A DNA stretch of 64,000 nt from Pseudomonadota bacterium (lineage in GTDB: Bacteria; Pseudomonadota; Gammaproteobacteria; Acidiferrobacterales; Acidiferrobacteraceae). Shown here in pieces: positions 51,211 through 59,968 of this stretch. Both the position numbers and the translations under genes were made by a program. Positions within the stretch are counted from its first letter, which is position 1; each line of letters begins with the position of its first letter. The stretch lies in assembly GCA_021777335.1 (NCBI GenBank), contig JAJYDT010000001.1, positions 13,295-77,294 on the forward strand. The letters run 5' to 3'. The notes under the pieces were generated by a model. That model was not told the DNA's origin, searched no databases, and saw only the letters and a list, made by a program, of their open reading frames with translations.

Positions 51211-52544
51211 GCGCGCCGCGCGCTGCATTCGCGGGCAGGCCGGTGGCTGCGCATCACCTGTTCGATATCGTCGATGGTCTTCGGTGCGTTCGCGCTCAGA
51301 ATCTCGCACCCGCTCTGGGTCACCAGAATGTCATCCTCTATGCGGATGCCCGTGTTCCAGAACCGGGGATCCACGTCCTCTCCTTCGTGCACGTAGAGAC
51401 CCGGCTCCACAGTCAGTGTCATGCCGGCTTCCAGCATGCGCCAGTTGCCATCCACCTTGTAATCACCGACATCGTGTACGTCGAGTCCGAGCCAGTGTCC
51501 GGTACGATGCATGTAAAAGCGACGGTAGGCACCGGAGGCAATAAGATCCTCGACCGGGCCTTTGAGCAGCCCAAGGCTGACGAGTCCTTCTGTCAGTATC
51601 CTGACCGCGCGGTCATGCGGGTCGTTCCAGTGATTCCCCGGGCGCACCGTGTCGATCGCGGCACACTGGGCGGCAAGAACGACCTCATAAAGTTCGCGTT
51701 GCGGGCCGCTGAACCGTCCATTGACCGGAAAAGTTCGTGTGATGTCTGCAGCATAGCCGTCCAGCTCTGCGGCGGCGTCGATCAGTACCAGATCGCCGTC
51801 CTTGAGCACCGCGCGATTCTCGATGTAGTGCAGGATGCAGGTGTTTCTGCCGCCGCCCACGATGGGCGAGTACGCGGGGAATTCGCTTCCCTGCTTCTTG
51901 AATTCGTAGAGCAGCTCGGCTTCGAGTTCGTACTCGTGCATCCCGGGCCGGCACGCACGCATCGCGCGGCGATGCGCCCCCGCCGATATGCGGGCTGCCT
52001 GCCGCATGAGCTTGATCTCCTCCGGATGCTTGATCAGCCGGAGTTCATGGAGGATATGGTCAAGATCGACGATCTGGGCGGGGGCTGCCACGCCAGCGCG
52101 GGCGTGTGAGCGCACCTCGTTGAGCCAGCCGATCGTGCGTGCATCCAGGCCGGTATGGCGGCCCATGCTGTAGAATATCTTGCGCCGGTTCTCGAGAAGC
52201 GCCGGTATGATACGGTCCGCCATGGAGATCGGGTAGGCCTCGTCCGCGCCGTAAATCGCGCGCGCCCCCTCAGGCCCGGTCCTTGGTCCGTCCCAGAGCT
52301 CGCGTTCGGGGTCCTTGTCGCGGCAGAACAGCAGAAACTGGCCCTCTGTCCTTTCGGGAACGAATACCGCAAGCGCCTCCGGTTCCGGAAAAGCGGTAAG
52401 GTAATAAAAGTCGCTGTCGGCCCGGAACGGAAAATAGACATCACGATTGCGCGCACATACCTGGGCGGTGGGCACAATGGCAACCCCATCACCCATGATC
52501 CGCATCAGTTCTTCGCGACGCTTATGCAGATGCTTTGTATCCAT
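51207..52544 (-). CDS. pepP: Xaa-Pro aminopeptidase
   Basis: M24B motifs (DAAAELDGYAADITRT, HRTGHWLGLDVHD, EPGLY, IRIEDD). Start is ATG 52544 or 52574. Confidence 0.92.
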   Translation of the reverse strand: MDTKHLHKRREELMRIMGDGVAIVPTAQVCARNRDVYFPFRADSDFYYLTAFPEPEALAVFVPERTEGQFLLFCRDKDPERELWDGPRTGPEGARAIYGADEAYPISMADRIIPALLENRRKIFYSMGRHTGLDARTIGWLNEVRSHARAGVAAPAQIVDLDHILHELRLIKHPEEIKLMRQAARISAGAHRRAMRACRPGMHEYELEAELLYEFKKQGSEFPAYSPIVGGGRNTCILHYIENRAVLKDGDLVLIDAAAELDGYAADITRTFPVNGRFSGPQRELYEVVLAAQCAAIDTVRPGNHWNDPHDRAVRILTEGLVSLGLLKGPVEDLIASGAYRRFYMHRTGHWLGLDVHDVGDYKVDGNWRMLEAGMTLTVEPGLYVHEGEDVDPRFWNTGIRIEDDILVTQSGCEILSANAPKTIDDIEQVMRSHRPARECSARRA

Positions 52545-52670
52545 TGCCACATTATGCCTTAAAGCGTATTGCACCCCAAACGGCGCGCCGGAGCCGGTTT
52601 TTACAAGACAGGTTTACGTCTATAATTGCGGCGTCTGCTGTCACCACAAAAAATATCAAGGAGACGGATT

Positions 52671-53093
52671 ATGCAAAAGCTGCTGGAAGTGATGACAAGA
52701 CCTGTCGGCATGGTACTGATTTTCAGCATGATGCTGCTCGGGGTGTCGAATGCCACAGCCAACGCAGCAATGGTAACAACGGGTACCCTGCTGCGTTCAG
52801 ATCAGGTCCGGAGCGATCGCCAGAAGGTGCTGAATTTTCTCCAGCGCACGCAGGTACAACAGCAGATGGAGCGGCTCGGTGTTTCTCCCAGCGAGGCGCG
52901 CGCGCGGGTCGCCGCGTTGAGCGAATCTCAGATACACGCTCTCGCCGGGCACATCAAGGAACTCCCCGCAGGAGGAGATATCCTTGAGGTGGCGCTGCTT
53001 GTCTTCATTATCCTGCTCATTACGGACATTCTCGGTTTCACCGATGTGTTTCCGTTTGTGCACCACCATGTCCACTTGCGAGGGGAACACTGA
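52671..53093 (+). CDS. PA2779-family small secreted/membrane protein
   Basis: Signal peptide, QVQQQMERLGVSPSEARARVAALSESQ, a C-terminal TM segment and a His-rich end. AAGGAG upstream of ATG 52671. Paired with the following peptidase. Confidence 0.7.
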   Translation: MQKLLEVMTRPVGMVLIFSMMLLGVSNATANAAMVTTGTLLRSDQVRSDRQKVLNFLQRTQVQQQMERLGVSPSEARARVAALSESQIHALAGHIKELPAGGDILEVALLVFIILLITDILGFTDVFPFVHHHVHLRGEH

Positions 53094-54136
53094 AAAAGCA
53101 GAAGTCCCGACACGGGGGCCTCGCCCTTCTGTCTGGCGCCGCGGCCGGGCTGCTCCTGCTCGGTGGGTGTGCTACGACCAATAGCCACATCGCGCGGCTG
53201 TCGCGGATCCCGCCGTTCAACCGGACTGTTGAGCTCACGGCGGTGCCGTTTTTCCCGCAGACAAGATACGAATGCGGACCCGCATCGCTTGCCATGGTGT
53301 TGAACTTTGCCGGGCGCCGGGTGACACCGGCGGAACTCGCGCCAAAGGTGTATCTGCCAGGACGCCATGGCAGCCTCGCTGCGGAACTTGTGGCCGCGAC
53401 GTGGCGGGAAGGGCGTCTGCCCTATGTGATTGCGCCCAGGCTGCATGATCTGCTGTCCGAGGTGGCCGCAGGCCATCCCGTGCTGGTGCTTGAAAATCTG
53501 GCGTTCGCCTGGTATCCCGACTGGCACTATGCCGTGGTGGTTGGGTTCAATCTCCGGCGTGGGCTCGTGATGCTGCGGTCCGGAAAGGAAGCGCGAAACG
53601 TGATCCCGATACTGCTGTTTCAGCGGGTGTGGGCACGATCGCACGACTGGGGCATGGTAGTGCTGGCCCCGGGGCAGATGCCCGCGACCGTCCACCGGCT
53701 GCCCTATCTCAAGGCGGCCTGGGGACTCGAGCGGCTTGGTCATCTGCACGCGGCGATGCGTGCATATCGCGCTGCGACCCTACGCTGGCCAAACAGCCTG
53801 GATGCGGCGATGGGGTTTGGGAACAGCCTCTATGCGCTCGGGCGGAAGCGGATGGCGGCATCCGTGTTCCGGCGCGCGGCGAAGGCCCATGCCTCGGCGG
53901 CGGCGTTCAATAATCTGGCCCAGACCCTCTCGGATCTCAGGTGTTATCCCGCAGCGGTCCATGCGGCGCTGCGCGCGGTGGCACTTGGCAAGCAGAAGCA
54001 CCCGCTTTACGAAAAGACGCTCCGTGAGATCCAGAGGGTCGCGCTCAAGGCCCGCACGCCTAGCTGCCAGCTATCGAGCGCCAGTGATCGAGGTCATCAT
54101 GGATCAGCTGCACGCTCACCCGCACGTGCTCAATGA
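53090..54136 (+). CDS. PA2778-family C39-like cysteine peptidase with TPR repeats (probable lipoprotein; non-canonical start)
   Basis: YECGPASLAMVLNF catalytic-Cys motif and C-terminal TPR-like repeats. The in-frame upstream sequence encodes a lipoprotein signal (KKQKSRHGGLALLSGAAAGLLLLGGC), but the first ATG/GTG/TTG is 53243. 53090 is a CTG overlapping the upstream TGA. Confidence 0.7.
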   Translation: MKKQKSRHGGLALLSGAAAGLLLLGGCATTNSHIARLSRIPPFNRTVELTAVPFFPQTRYECGPASLAMVLNFAGRRVTPAELAPKVYLPGRHGSLAAELVAATWREGRLPYVIAPRLHDLLSEVAAGHPVLVLENLAFAWYPDWHYAVVVGFNLRRGLVMLRSGKEARNVIPILLFQRVWARSHDWGMVVLAPGQMPATVHRLPYLKAAWGLERLGHLHAAMRAYRAATLRWPNSLDAAMGFGNSLYALGRKRMAASVFRRAAKAHASAAAFNNLAQTLSDLRCYPAAVHAALRAVALGKQKHPLYEKTLREIQRVALKARTPSCQLSSASDRGHHGSAARSPARAQ

Positions 54137-54602
54137 TGCCCGCGAGATCTTGTTCGCCCGCCATATCGTCCTTGTCCACGACCGGGTCTCCGGCCGAGAT
54201 CTCCATGAGGTCTTCCGTCGCCTCCTGAGCATCCGCTGACAGGATCGTCATGCGCTCGGGTTTATCGAGCAGCAGCCCGAGCATGAATCCCTGGCACCAG
54301 GAGATGAGCGCCTCGAACCGCAACGCGATAGGCGTGTCATCATCAGGCAGGAGCAGATTGAATTCGAAATCCACGCCGATCAGGGCATTGCGGCTCTCAT
54401 CGCCCAGATCCGCCAGCTGGCTCCTCAGGGCCTCGCTCTTGCCGGCCGCGGTATCGAAAATCATCGGCAGGTACCGCTGCGACCCCGCCTCTCCATGAGC
54501 ACAGATGAGTCCGCACAGGAGGCCGTGCACCTCCGAGGCGCCCATGGACGCATGCTCGTGATCCAGCGCATCATTCAGCGGTTGGTGGGCAGATAAGGTC
54601 AT
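54060..54602 (-). CDS. ygfB: UPF0149 family protein YgfB
   Basis: ASEVHGLLCGLIC...WCQGFMLGL pattern. Lies next to pepP-ubiH-ubiI, as in E. coli. Confidence 0.8.
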   Translation of the reverse strand: MTLSAHQPLNDALDHEHASMGASEVHGLLCGLICAHGEAGSQRYLPMIFDTAAGKSEALRSQLADLGDESRNALIGVDFEFNLLLPDDDTPIALRFEALISWCQGFMLGLLLDKPERMTILSADAQEATEDLMEISAGDPVVDKDDMAGEQDLAGIIEHVRVSVQLIHDDLDHWRSIAGS

Positions 54603-54693
54603 GTGCGCCCAGTCTGCCAGAGAAGTGTTTGTGGTCCCAGTAGGCGTTGACCGAAATCCGGTCAGGCCCTATAGTGACACTATTCATACTCGG

Positions 54694-54918
54694 GTGGTCA
54701 AGGTGAGCAAAGACAACCTCGAACAACTTGAACATCGGGTCGATGAACTGATCGCGGCGTGCCGCAAGCTCAAGAGCGAGAACGAGTTACTTGCGGCGGG
54801 CCAGCACAATCTTCGCGAGGCGCACGATGCCCTGAAGGAGCGTGCGCGGCGGGCACGGAGCCGGATCGAGACAGTGATCTCGCGTCTCAAGACGCTTGAG
54901 CGAAGCGACAGATTGTGA
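54694..54918 (+). CDS. short coiled-coil protein upstream of zapA (ZapB-like / TIGR02449-type)
   Basis: KDNLEQLEHRVDELIAACRKLKSENELL... heptad pattern. GTG start at 54694 or 54703. Stop overlaps the zapA start. Confidence 0.65.
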   Translation: MVKVSKDNLEQLEHRVDELIAACRKLKSENELLAAGQHNLREAHDALKERARRARSRIETVISRLKTLERSDRL

Positions 54919-55223
54919 TGGTGGCGCGGGATGCAGCCGTGGTGTCGATCCTGGGACAGGAATTTCATATTGCCTGTCCTGCAAGTGAACGTCCCGCACT
55001 TGAGGCTGCGGCGCGGCTTGTCGATGAGCGCATGCGTGAAGTCCGTGGAAGTGGCAAGGCGATGGGCGTGGACCGGTGCGCAGTGGTCGCGGCACTCAAC
55101 ATCGCAAACGCGTATCTGGATGGCGGTGACGGGGGGCCAGTGGATTTCCGTCAGCGTATCGACCAGCTGACTAGCAAGATTGATGCGGTGCTCGAGCTGG
55201 AATTGAAGCAGACTCGGGGCTGA
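54915..55223 (+). CDS. zapA: cell division protein ZapA
   Basis: VSILGQEFHIACPASERPALEAAARLVDERM...AALNIA is ZapA-like. 102 aa, followed by 6S RNA and ygfA. Confidence 0.85.
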   Translation: MMVARDAAVVSILGQEFHIACPASERPALEAAARLVDERMREVRGSGKAMGVDRCAVVAALNIANAYLDGGDGGPVDFRQRIDQLTSKIDAVLELELKQTRG

Positions 55224-55252
55224 GCCCGGTGGCTGAAAAGTTTTCAGGGTAT

Positions 55253-55432
55253 GGCGTGCTCTGCGGTGTACGTATCGTTCCATGTCCTTTGAACCTATAA
55301 CGTTTGCCTCGGGAGCTGCCAGACCGATGTTGTTGCGCAGTCCGCTTCGGCGGAACGCCTGATGCATCGCGGTAGCGCCCACTTGAACCTTTGGTTCGAG
55401 GCAAAGGATGGTACGGCACAGGCGGAGGACGC
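55253..55432 (+). ncRNA. ssrS: 6S RNA
   Basis: Sits in the zapA-ygfA gap. The 3' half, CACUUGAACC-UUU-GGUUCGAGG, parallels E. coli 6S CACCUUGAACCAAGGGUUCAAGG. The 5' GGCGUGCUCUGC can pair with the 3' GCGGAGGACGCC closing stem. About 180 nt; ends approximate. Confidence 0.7.
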
Positions 55433-55456
55433 CTTTTTATCTTGTCTGACGCGGAC

Positions 55457-56065
55457 GTGCAATCAAAGCGCACCCAGCGCCGGTTGTTGCGTGCGCGGCG
55501 CGCGTTGTTGCCGGGGCCTCAGCGCCGCCGGGCATCGCGTGCGCTTGCCTGCAGGGCCGGGCGCCTGCGGTGGTTTCATCGTGCCCGCCGCATCGCGTGT
55601 TATCTGGCCCAGGACGGCGAGATTGATTGCGGGCCCCTCATCGCCCTCATACGCCGCCGCCGCAGGATCTGTTATCTCCCCGTGCTTGTGACGTGGCCTC
55701 GGGGTGCCCTGCGTTTCGCAGCTTTCCCGGTACATTGTGTCCTGCGCCCAAACCGGCTTGGTGTGCCCGAACCGCGCGTGCCGCGCAGCCGTCTCCTTGT
55801 CCCCGCCAGACTCGATCTCATCTTCTCGCCCCTGGTCGGGTTCGACGCCGACGGCCGGCGGCTCGGGATGGGCGGCGGGTTTTATGATCGCGCCCTTGGT
55901 GTTGCCGCTCGCCGAAGCCGCTATGTACGTCCTGTGGCAGTAGGCCTCGCTTATGAGATTCAGCGCCTTGAACGGATTGTGGATGATCCCTGGGACGTGC
56001 CGCTCGCCGCGGTGGTCACCGAGCAGTCCGTTTATGACCCGTCCAGGCCTGCAGTACCGGCATGA
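55457..56065 (+). CDS. ygfA: 5-formyltetrahydrofolate cyclo-ligase
   Basis: RRALL...IACYLAQDGEID...YLPVL...PLVGFDADGRRLGMGGGFYDR. Start is GTG 55457 or TTG 55442, directly after the 6S RNA. Confidence 0.85.
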   Translation: MQSKRTQRRLLRARRALLPGPQRRRASRALACRAGRLRWFHRARRIACYLAQDGEIDCGPLIALIRRRRRICYLPVLVTWPRGALRFAAFPVHCVLRPNRLGVPEPRVPRSRLLVPARLDLIFSPLVGFDADGRRLGMGGGFYDRALGVAARRSRYVRPVAVGLAYEIQRLERIVDDPWDVPLAAVVTEQSVYDPSRPAVPA

Positions 56066-56532
56066 AGCGCCGTTACTGGCTGATGAAGAGTGAACCCTCC
56101 GCGTTCAGCATCGAGCATCTGAAAGAGCGCCCGGGAGGAGTCGAGCATTGGGATGGCGTGCGGAACTTTCAGGTCCGCAATATGATGCGGGACGACATGC
56201 GCCTCGGGGACCAGGCATTTTTCTACCACTCGAGCTGCAAGGAGCCCGGGATCGTCGGCGTGGTCGAGATCGTGCGGACCGGCTATCCGGACTGCACCGC
56301 CTGGGATCCGGACGCCGAGCATTTTGATCCACGGAGTACACCCGAGCGCCCAATCTGGTATATGGTCGATGTGCGCCTGGTATCACAGTTTAGAGACCCC
56401 GTGACGCTGCGAGAATTGCGGCGGCACCCGGTCCTTTCAGGTATGCAGGCGCTTGCGCGCGGGAACCGCCTCTCCATCACGCCGGTGTCGGATATGCAGT
56501 GGCGTGCGGTTCTTGATCTCGCCGGAACGTGA
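56062..56532 (+). CDS. EVE (PUA-like) domain protein
   Basis: YWLMKSEPSAFSIEHL...WDGVRNFQVRNMMRDDMRLGDQAFFYHS is typical of an EVE domain. ATGA overlap with ygfA. Confidence 0.85.
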   Translation: MKRRYWLMKSEPSAFSIEHLKERPGGVEHWDGVRNFQVRNMMRDDMRLGDQAFFYHSSCKEPGIVGVVEIVRTGYPDCTAWDPDAEHFDPRSTPERPIWYMVDVRLVSQFRDPVTLRELRRHPVLSGMQALARGNRLSITPVSDMQWRAVLDLAGT

Positions 56533-57203
56533 CCACGCTGCATTTCTTCTGGTCCGCGCCTGAGGCGGCGCGCGTGCGTCTCGCGCTGTCCTACAAACGC
56601 ATCCCGTTTGTGCAGACGCCGCTGCGCTACGACGATGATGAGACCTTCTTTGAATTCGGCATCGCGCGGCAGCCCTTTATCCTGAAGACTGATGACGGGT
56701 CACTATTTGTCGACTCGATAACGGTTCTCGAGCGCATCGATCAGATCTTCCCCGGTAAGCCGCTGTGGGAGGGCATCGTTGAACCACAGGCGTGGCGGGC
56801 GCTGCTCGACTGGCGTCGGCGCGCCGACCCCATGCTGGCCCGCCTGTATGCCGCGGTCCTGCCCGGGTTCAGCGACATCGGAGGTGACCCTGGCACGCTT
56901 GCGGCGTACAAGCGCGAGGTCCAGAATCGTTTCGGCCTTATCCTGGAGGACCTTGTCAATGACCGCTATGCCGGCTTCGCGCAACTCGATCGCATCACCA
57001 GATTTAAGGAGCTGGGCGCGCATCTTGCGGAGCGGCGCTTTTATCTTGGCCGTTCTTCATCGGCAGACATGCTGCTTGCCGCGGATCTGTTCCCGCTGCA
57101 GCTCCTTGACGGTGTCGGTATGCCGGTCGATCTTATGTATTATCTGGAACGAGTCGAACGCGCCTGTGGCTGCAGTCTGCGCGACGGACTGATTACGGAA
57201 TAA
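56529..57203 (+). CDS. glutathione S-transferase-like protein
   Basis: Thioredoxin-like N-domain (ARVRLALSYKRIPF...VDSITVLERID) plus a helical C-domain. GTGA overlap with the EVE gene. Confidence 0.65.
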   Translation: MTTLHFFWSAPEAARVRLALSYKRIPFVQTPLRYDDDETFFEFGIARQPFILKTDDGSLFVDSITVLERIDQIFPGKPLWEGIVEPQAWRALLDWRRRADPMLARLYAAVLPGFSDIGGDPGTLAAYKREVQNRFGLILEDLVNDRYAGFAQLDRITRFKELGAHLAERRFYLGRSSSADMLLAADLFPLQLLDGVGMPVDLMYYLERVERACGCSLRDGLITE

Positions 57204-57210
57204 GACAGCC

Positions 57211-57549
57211 ATGAAATTAAATGACCTGCTGCAGTACCTGCACAGCCACTCGGGGCACGATCTTCTGGACGGGTCGGTCGACGAGACGATCCGAAAGGCG
57301 CTTGCAGGCACACACCATGATCCGCTTGCCGGCGAGATCGTCAGCCTGCTCTACCGCGCGCCGGGCTGCACCGCGCCTGACAGCGATATCACCCGTGCGC
57401 AGGCTGCGCTCGCGCTGGGCCCATTGCGCCTTCGATACATGAAGGATGACGCGCCGGTCGAGGGGTTCCGCCGGGTCGAGGGCACAGTGCATGCGATCGA
57501 CGGCGCCTACAATGACGAGGCGTTGCGCAGCCGGTCAGCCCAGAAATAG
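57211..57549 (+). CDS. hypothetical protein (112 aa)
   Basis: ATG lies 7 nt after the GST-like stop. No family recognised. The 3' end overlaps the convergent ilvA by 15 nt. Confidence 0.5.
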   Translation: MKLNDLLQYLHSHSGHDLLDGSVDETIRKALAGTHHDPLAGEIVSLLYRAPGCTAPDSDITRAQAALALGPLRLRYMKDDAPVEGFRRVEGTVHAIDGAYNDEALRSRSAQK

Positions 57550-59052
57550 GCGATAGGCCGGATTTGCGGTCTCGTCCACATAGTCATAGTTCAGGTTTTT
57601 GAGAAATCGCCTGAAACGGGCCATGTCCGCGGGAGGCACCTGAAGACCGACGAGTACCCGGCCGAAGTCGGCGCCGTGGTTCCGGTAATGGAATAGGCTG
57701 ATATTCCAACCCTGTCCCATCTGGTCAAGAAAATTGAGGAGCGCACCCGGACGTTCCGGAAACTCGAACCGGTACAGGATCTCGTGGACCGCGTTCGGGG
57801 CCCTTCCGCCCACCAGATGCCGAATATGGAGCTTGGCCACCTCGTTGTCAGTCAGGTCAACTGTCGCGTAGCCGTGCGCACGCAGTCTGCGCACGAGCGC
57901 GCGCAGCCCTTCTTCGGATTCCGGCATCTGCAGCCCGACGAAGACGCGCGCCTTTTCCGGGTCCGAGTAGCGGTAATTGAACTCTGTGATGTTGTGACGG
58001 CCAATGATCGAGCAGAAACTCCGGAAACTGCCCGTGCGCTCGGGTATGGTCACTGCAAGGATCGCCTCCCGCCGTTCGCCAATCTCGGCACGTTCCGACA
58101 CGTGACGCAGCCGGTCGAAGTTCATGTTCGCGCCGGACGCGATCGCAATCAGGTCGCGGGAGCGTAATCTCGGGTGGAGCGCGACATATCGTTTCAGGCC
58201 GGCAATTGCAAGCGCACCCGCAGGTTCCACAATAGATCGAGTGTCTTCGAAGATGTCCTTGATCGCGGCACAGATCTCGTCGTTTGAAACGACAAGGACA
58301 TCGTCGACGAATTTCCGGGCAAGGCGAAACGTCTCCTGGCCGACCTGTCTCACGGCAACGCCATCGGCGAATATGCCGGCATGCTGCAGCCGGATCCGGC
58401 GTCCCGCGCGCAATGACCGGGCCATGGCGTCGGCGTCCTCCGGTTCGACCCCGATGATCCTGACTTCCGGCCGTATGGATTTGATACAGGCTGCTATTCC
58501 TGCGATGAGGCCGCCGCCGCCTACCGGGATAAACACCGCATCGATCGGTGATGGATGCTGGCGCAGAATCTCGAGCCCGATCGTTCCCTGACCCGCGATC
58601 ACCTCCGGGTCGTCATAGGGATGGATGAATGTCATCCCGCGCTGTTTTTCTATCTTCCGTGCATGCGCGTACGCCTCGTCGTAGTTATCGCCCACGAGCG
58701 CAGTCTTCGCGCCAAGATTGCGAACCGCATCGACCTTGATGCGCGGAGTGGTAACCGGCATGACGATCATCGCGCGGACACCAAGCCGGCGTGCTGAAAG
58801 CGCGACCCCCTGGGCGTGGTTGCCGGCCGATGCCGCAATCACGCCTTTGCGGAGCAGTTTGCGCGGGAGCCCCGCCATCTTGTTGTAAGCGCCACGCAGC
58901 TTGAAGGAAAAGACCGGCTGTTCATCTTCGCGCTTGATCCAGACATTCTGCCGGAGTCTCCGCGAAAGATTCGACGCCGAATCGAGACTGGTCTCTTTCG
59001 CGACGTCGTACACGCGGGCCGAGAGGATCTTTTCGAGATATCCGGTGGGCAT
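57535..59052 (-). CDS. ilvA: biosynthetic threonine ammonia-lyase
   Basis: PLP site FSFKLRGAYN, GGGGL, and two C-terminal ACT-like regulatory repeats. 505 aa. Confidence 0.95.
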   Translation of the reverse strand: MPTGYLEKILSARVYDVAKETSLDSASNLSRRLRQNVWIKREDEQPVFSFKLRGAYNKMAGLPRKLLRKGVIAASAGNHAQGVALSARRLGVRAMIVMPVTTPRIKVDAVRNLGAKTALVGDNYDEAYAHARKIEKQRGMTFIHPYDDPEVIAGQGTIGLEILRQHPSPIDAVFIPVGGGGLIAGIAACIKSIRPEVRIIGVEPEDADAMARSLRAGRRIRLQHAGIFADGVAVRQVGQETFRLARKFVDDVLVVSNDEICAAIKDIFEDTRSIVEPAGALAIAGLKRYVALHPRLRSRDLIAIASGANMNFDRLRHVSERAEIGERREAILAVTIPERTGSFRSFCSIIGRHNITEFNYRYSDPEKARVFVGLQMPESEEGLRALVRRLRAHGYATVDLTDNEVAKLHIRHLVGGRAPNAVHEILYRFEFPERPGALLNFLDQMGQGWNISLFHYRNHGADFGRVLVGLQVPPADMARFRRFLKNLNYDYVDETANPAYRLFLG

Positions 59053-59113
59053 AAGGCGGGTGAGTATATCAGATGTTTCGGTCTGTCAGACTCAGGACCC
59101 ATTTTCACGCGGG

Positions 59114-59815
59114 CTAGAAACCCTTGTAATCCAGCCTCTGTGCAAGGACGATCAGATCATAGGCGAGATGCGCGATGATGATCGGCCATACGCGCCGCGC
59201 ACGAGCGTAATAGATCGCGAAAACCAGAAAGAGCGCGGCGACTGGCATGATCGCGATCCATCCCTCGTACAGGTGGTACGACGAGGTTATGGCCACGCTG
59301 ATCAATACACCCAGCCACCGTTGACCGGTGAAGAAATCGATCTCGCTGATGATGAAAGCGCGCCCGATCAGTTCCTCAACGAACGGGTCGATGACAACAA
59401 ACAACGTCACCATGAGAGTGAATCCGCCGTCGAAGACCGAAGGGTAGGGGTTTAGTGTGGGTGCATGTCCCATAATGGTCCCATAGGCATACCATTCACC
59501 GGTATAGGCGAGCCGGCTCGCGATGGATCCGACCATGAGCAGGATCAGCGCGACAGGGAGGTCCCACGCCGAAAACCGGAAACCCAGGTCGCGCAGCCCA
59601 AGACCCCTCTGCGCAAGGACATAGGCGAGCACGCACAGGCTCAGGATCATCTGTACGACGCCGGCGGCCACGGCGATCTGCGGGATGGCATGCGGGCGCG
59701 TCCCGTCTATGAAGACCCTGAGTGAACCCAAGAACGGCAGGGAAAATGCGACTGCGACGACGAGAAGACTGCCCGCGAGGCGGTTGCTCCGGGCAGCGCC
59801 ACTCATGGGCGCCAT
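59114..59815 (-). CDS. CPBP-family intramembrane glutamic endopeptidase
   Basis: Polytopic protein with motifs EELIGRAF, SSYHLYEG and HLAYD. Start re-picked to ATG 59815, because the upstream part of the ORF has no membrane or coding character. Confidence 0.7.
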   Translation of the reverse strand: MAPMSGAARSNRLAGSLLVVAVAFSLPFLGSLRVFIDGTRPHAIPQIAVAAGVVQMILSLCVLAYVLAQRGLGLRDLGFRFSAWDLPVALILLMVGSIASRLAYTGEWYAYGTIMGHAPTLNPYPSVFDGGFTLMVTLFVVIDPFVEELIGRAFIISEIDFFTGQRWLGVLISVAITSSYHLYEGWIAIMPVAALFLVFAIYYARARRVWPIIIAHLAYDLIVLAQRLDYKGF

Positions 59816-59968
59816 TGAATCCTTCAAGTGCGGGCCTCGTGCGGTAATGATCCGATGAACGGCATGGATTGCTGAGTATAGTCCGGCTCCTGGCCCTCGG
59901 GCGTGACAGGCTGGCCGTGGATCGCTATTATTTCCCGCCTTTTCACCGCGAGCCTTCCGCCCCGATCC

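Noticed and set aside
53084-53100. Possible programmed -1 frameshift fusing the PA2779-like and peptidase frames at GAAAAAG
   Set aside because: The A-rich run lies after the zero-frame TGA rather than before it, and no downstream stimulatory structure is evident. A non-canonical start or a base error is the simpler explanation.
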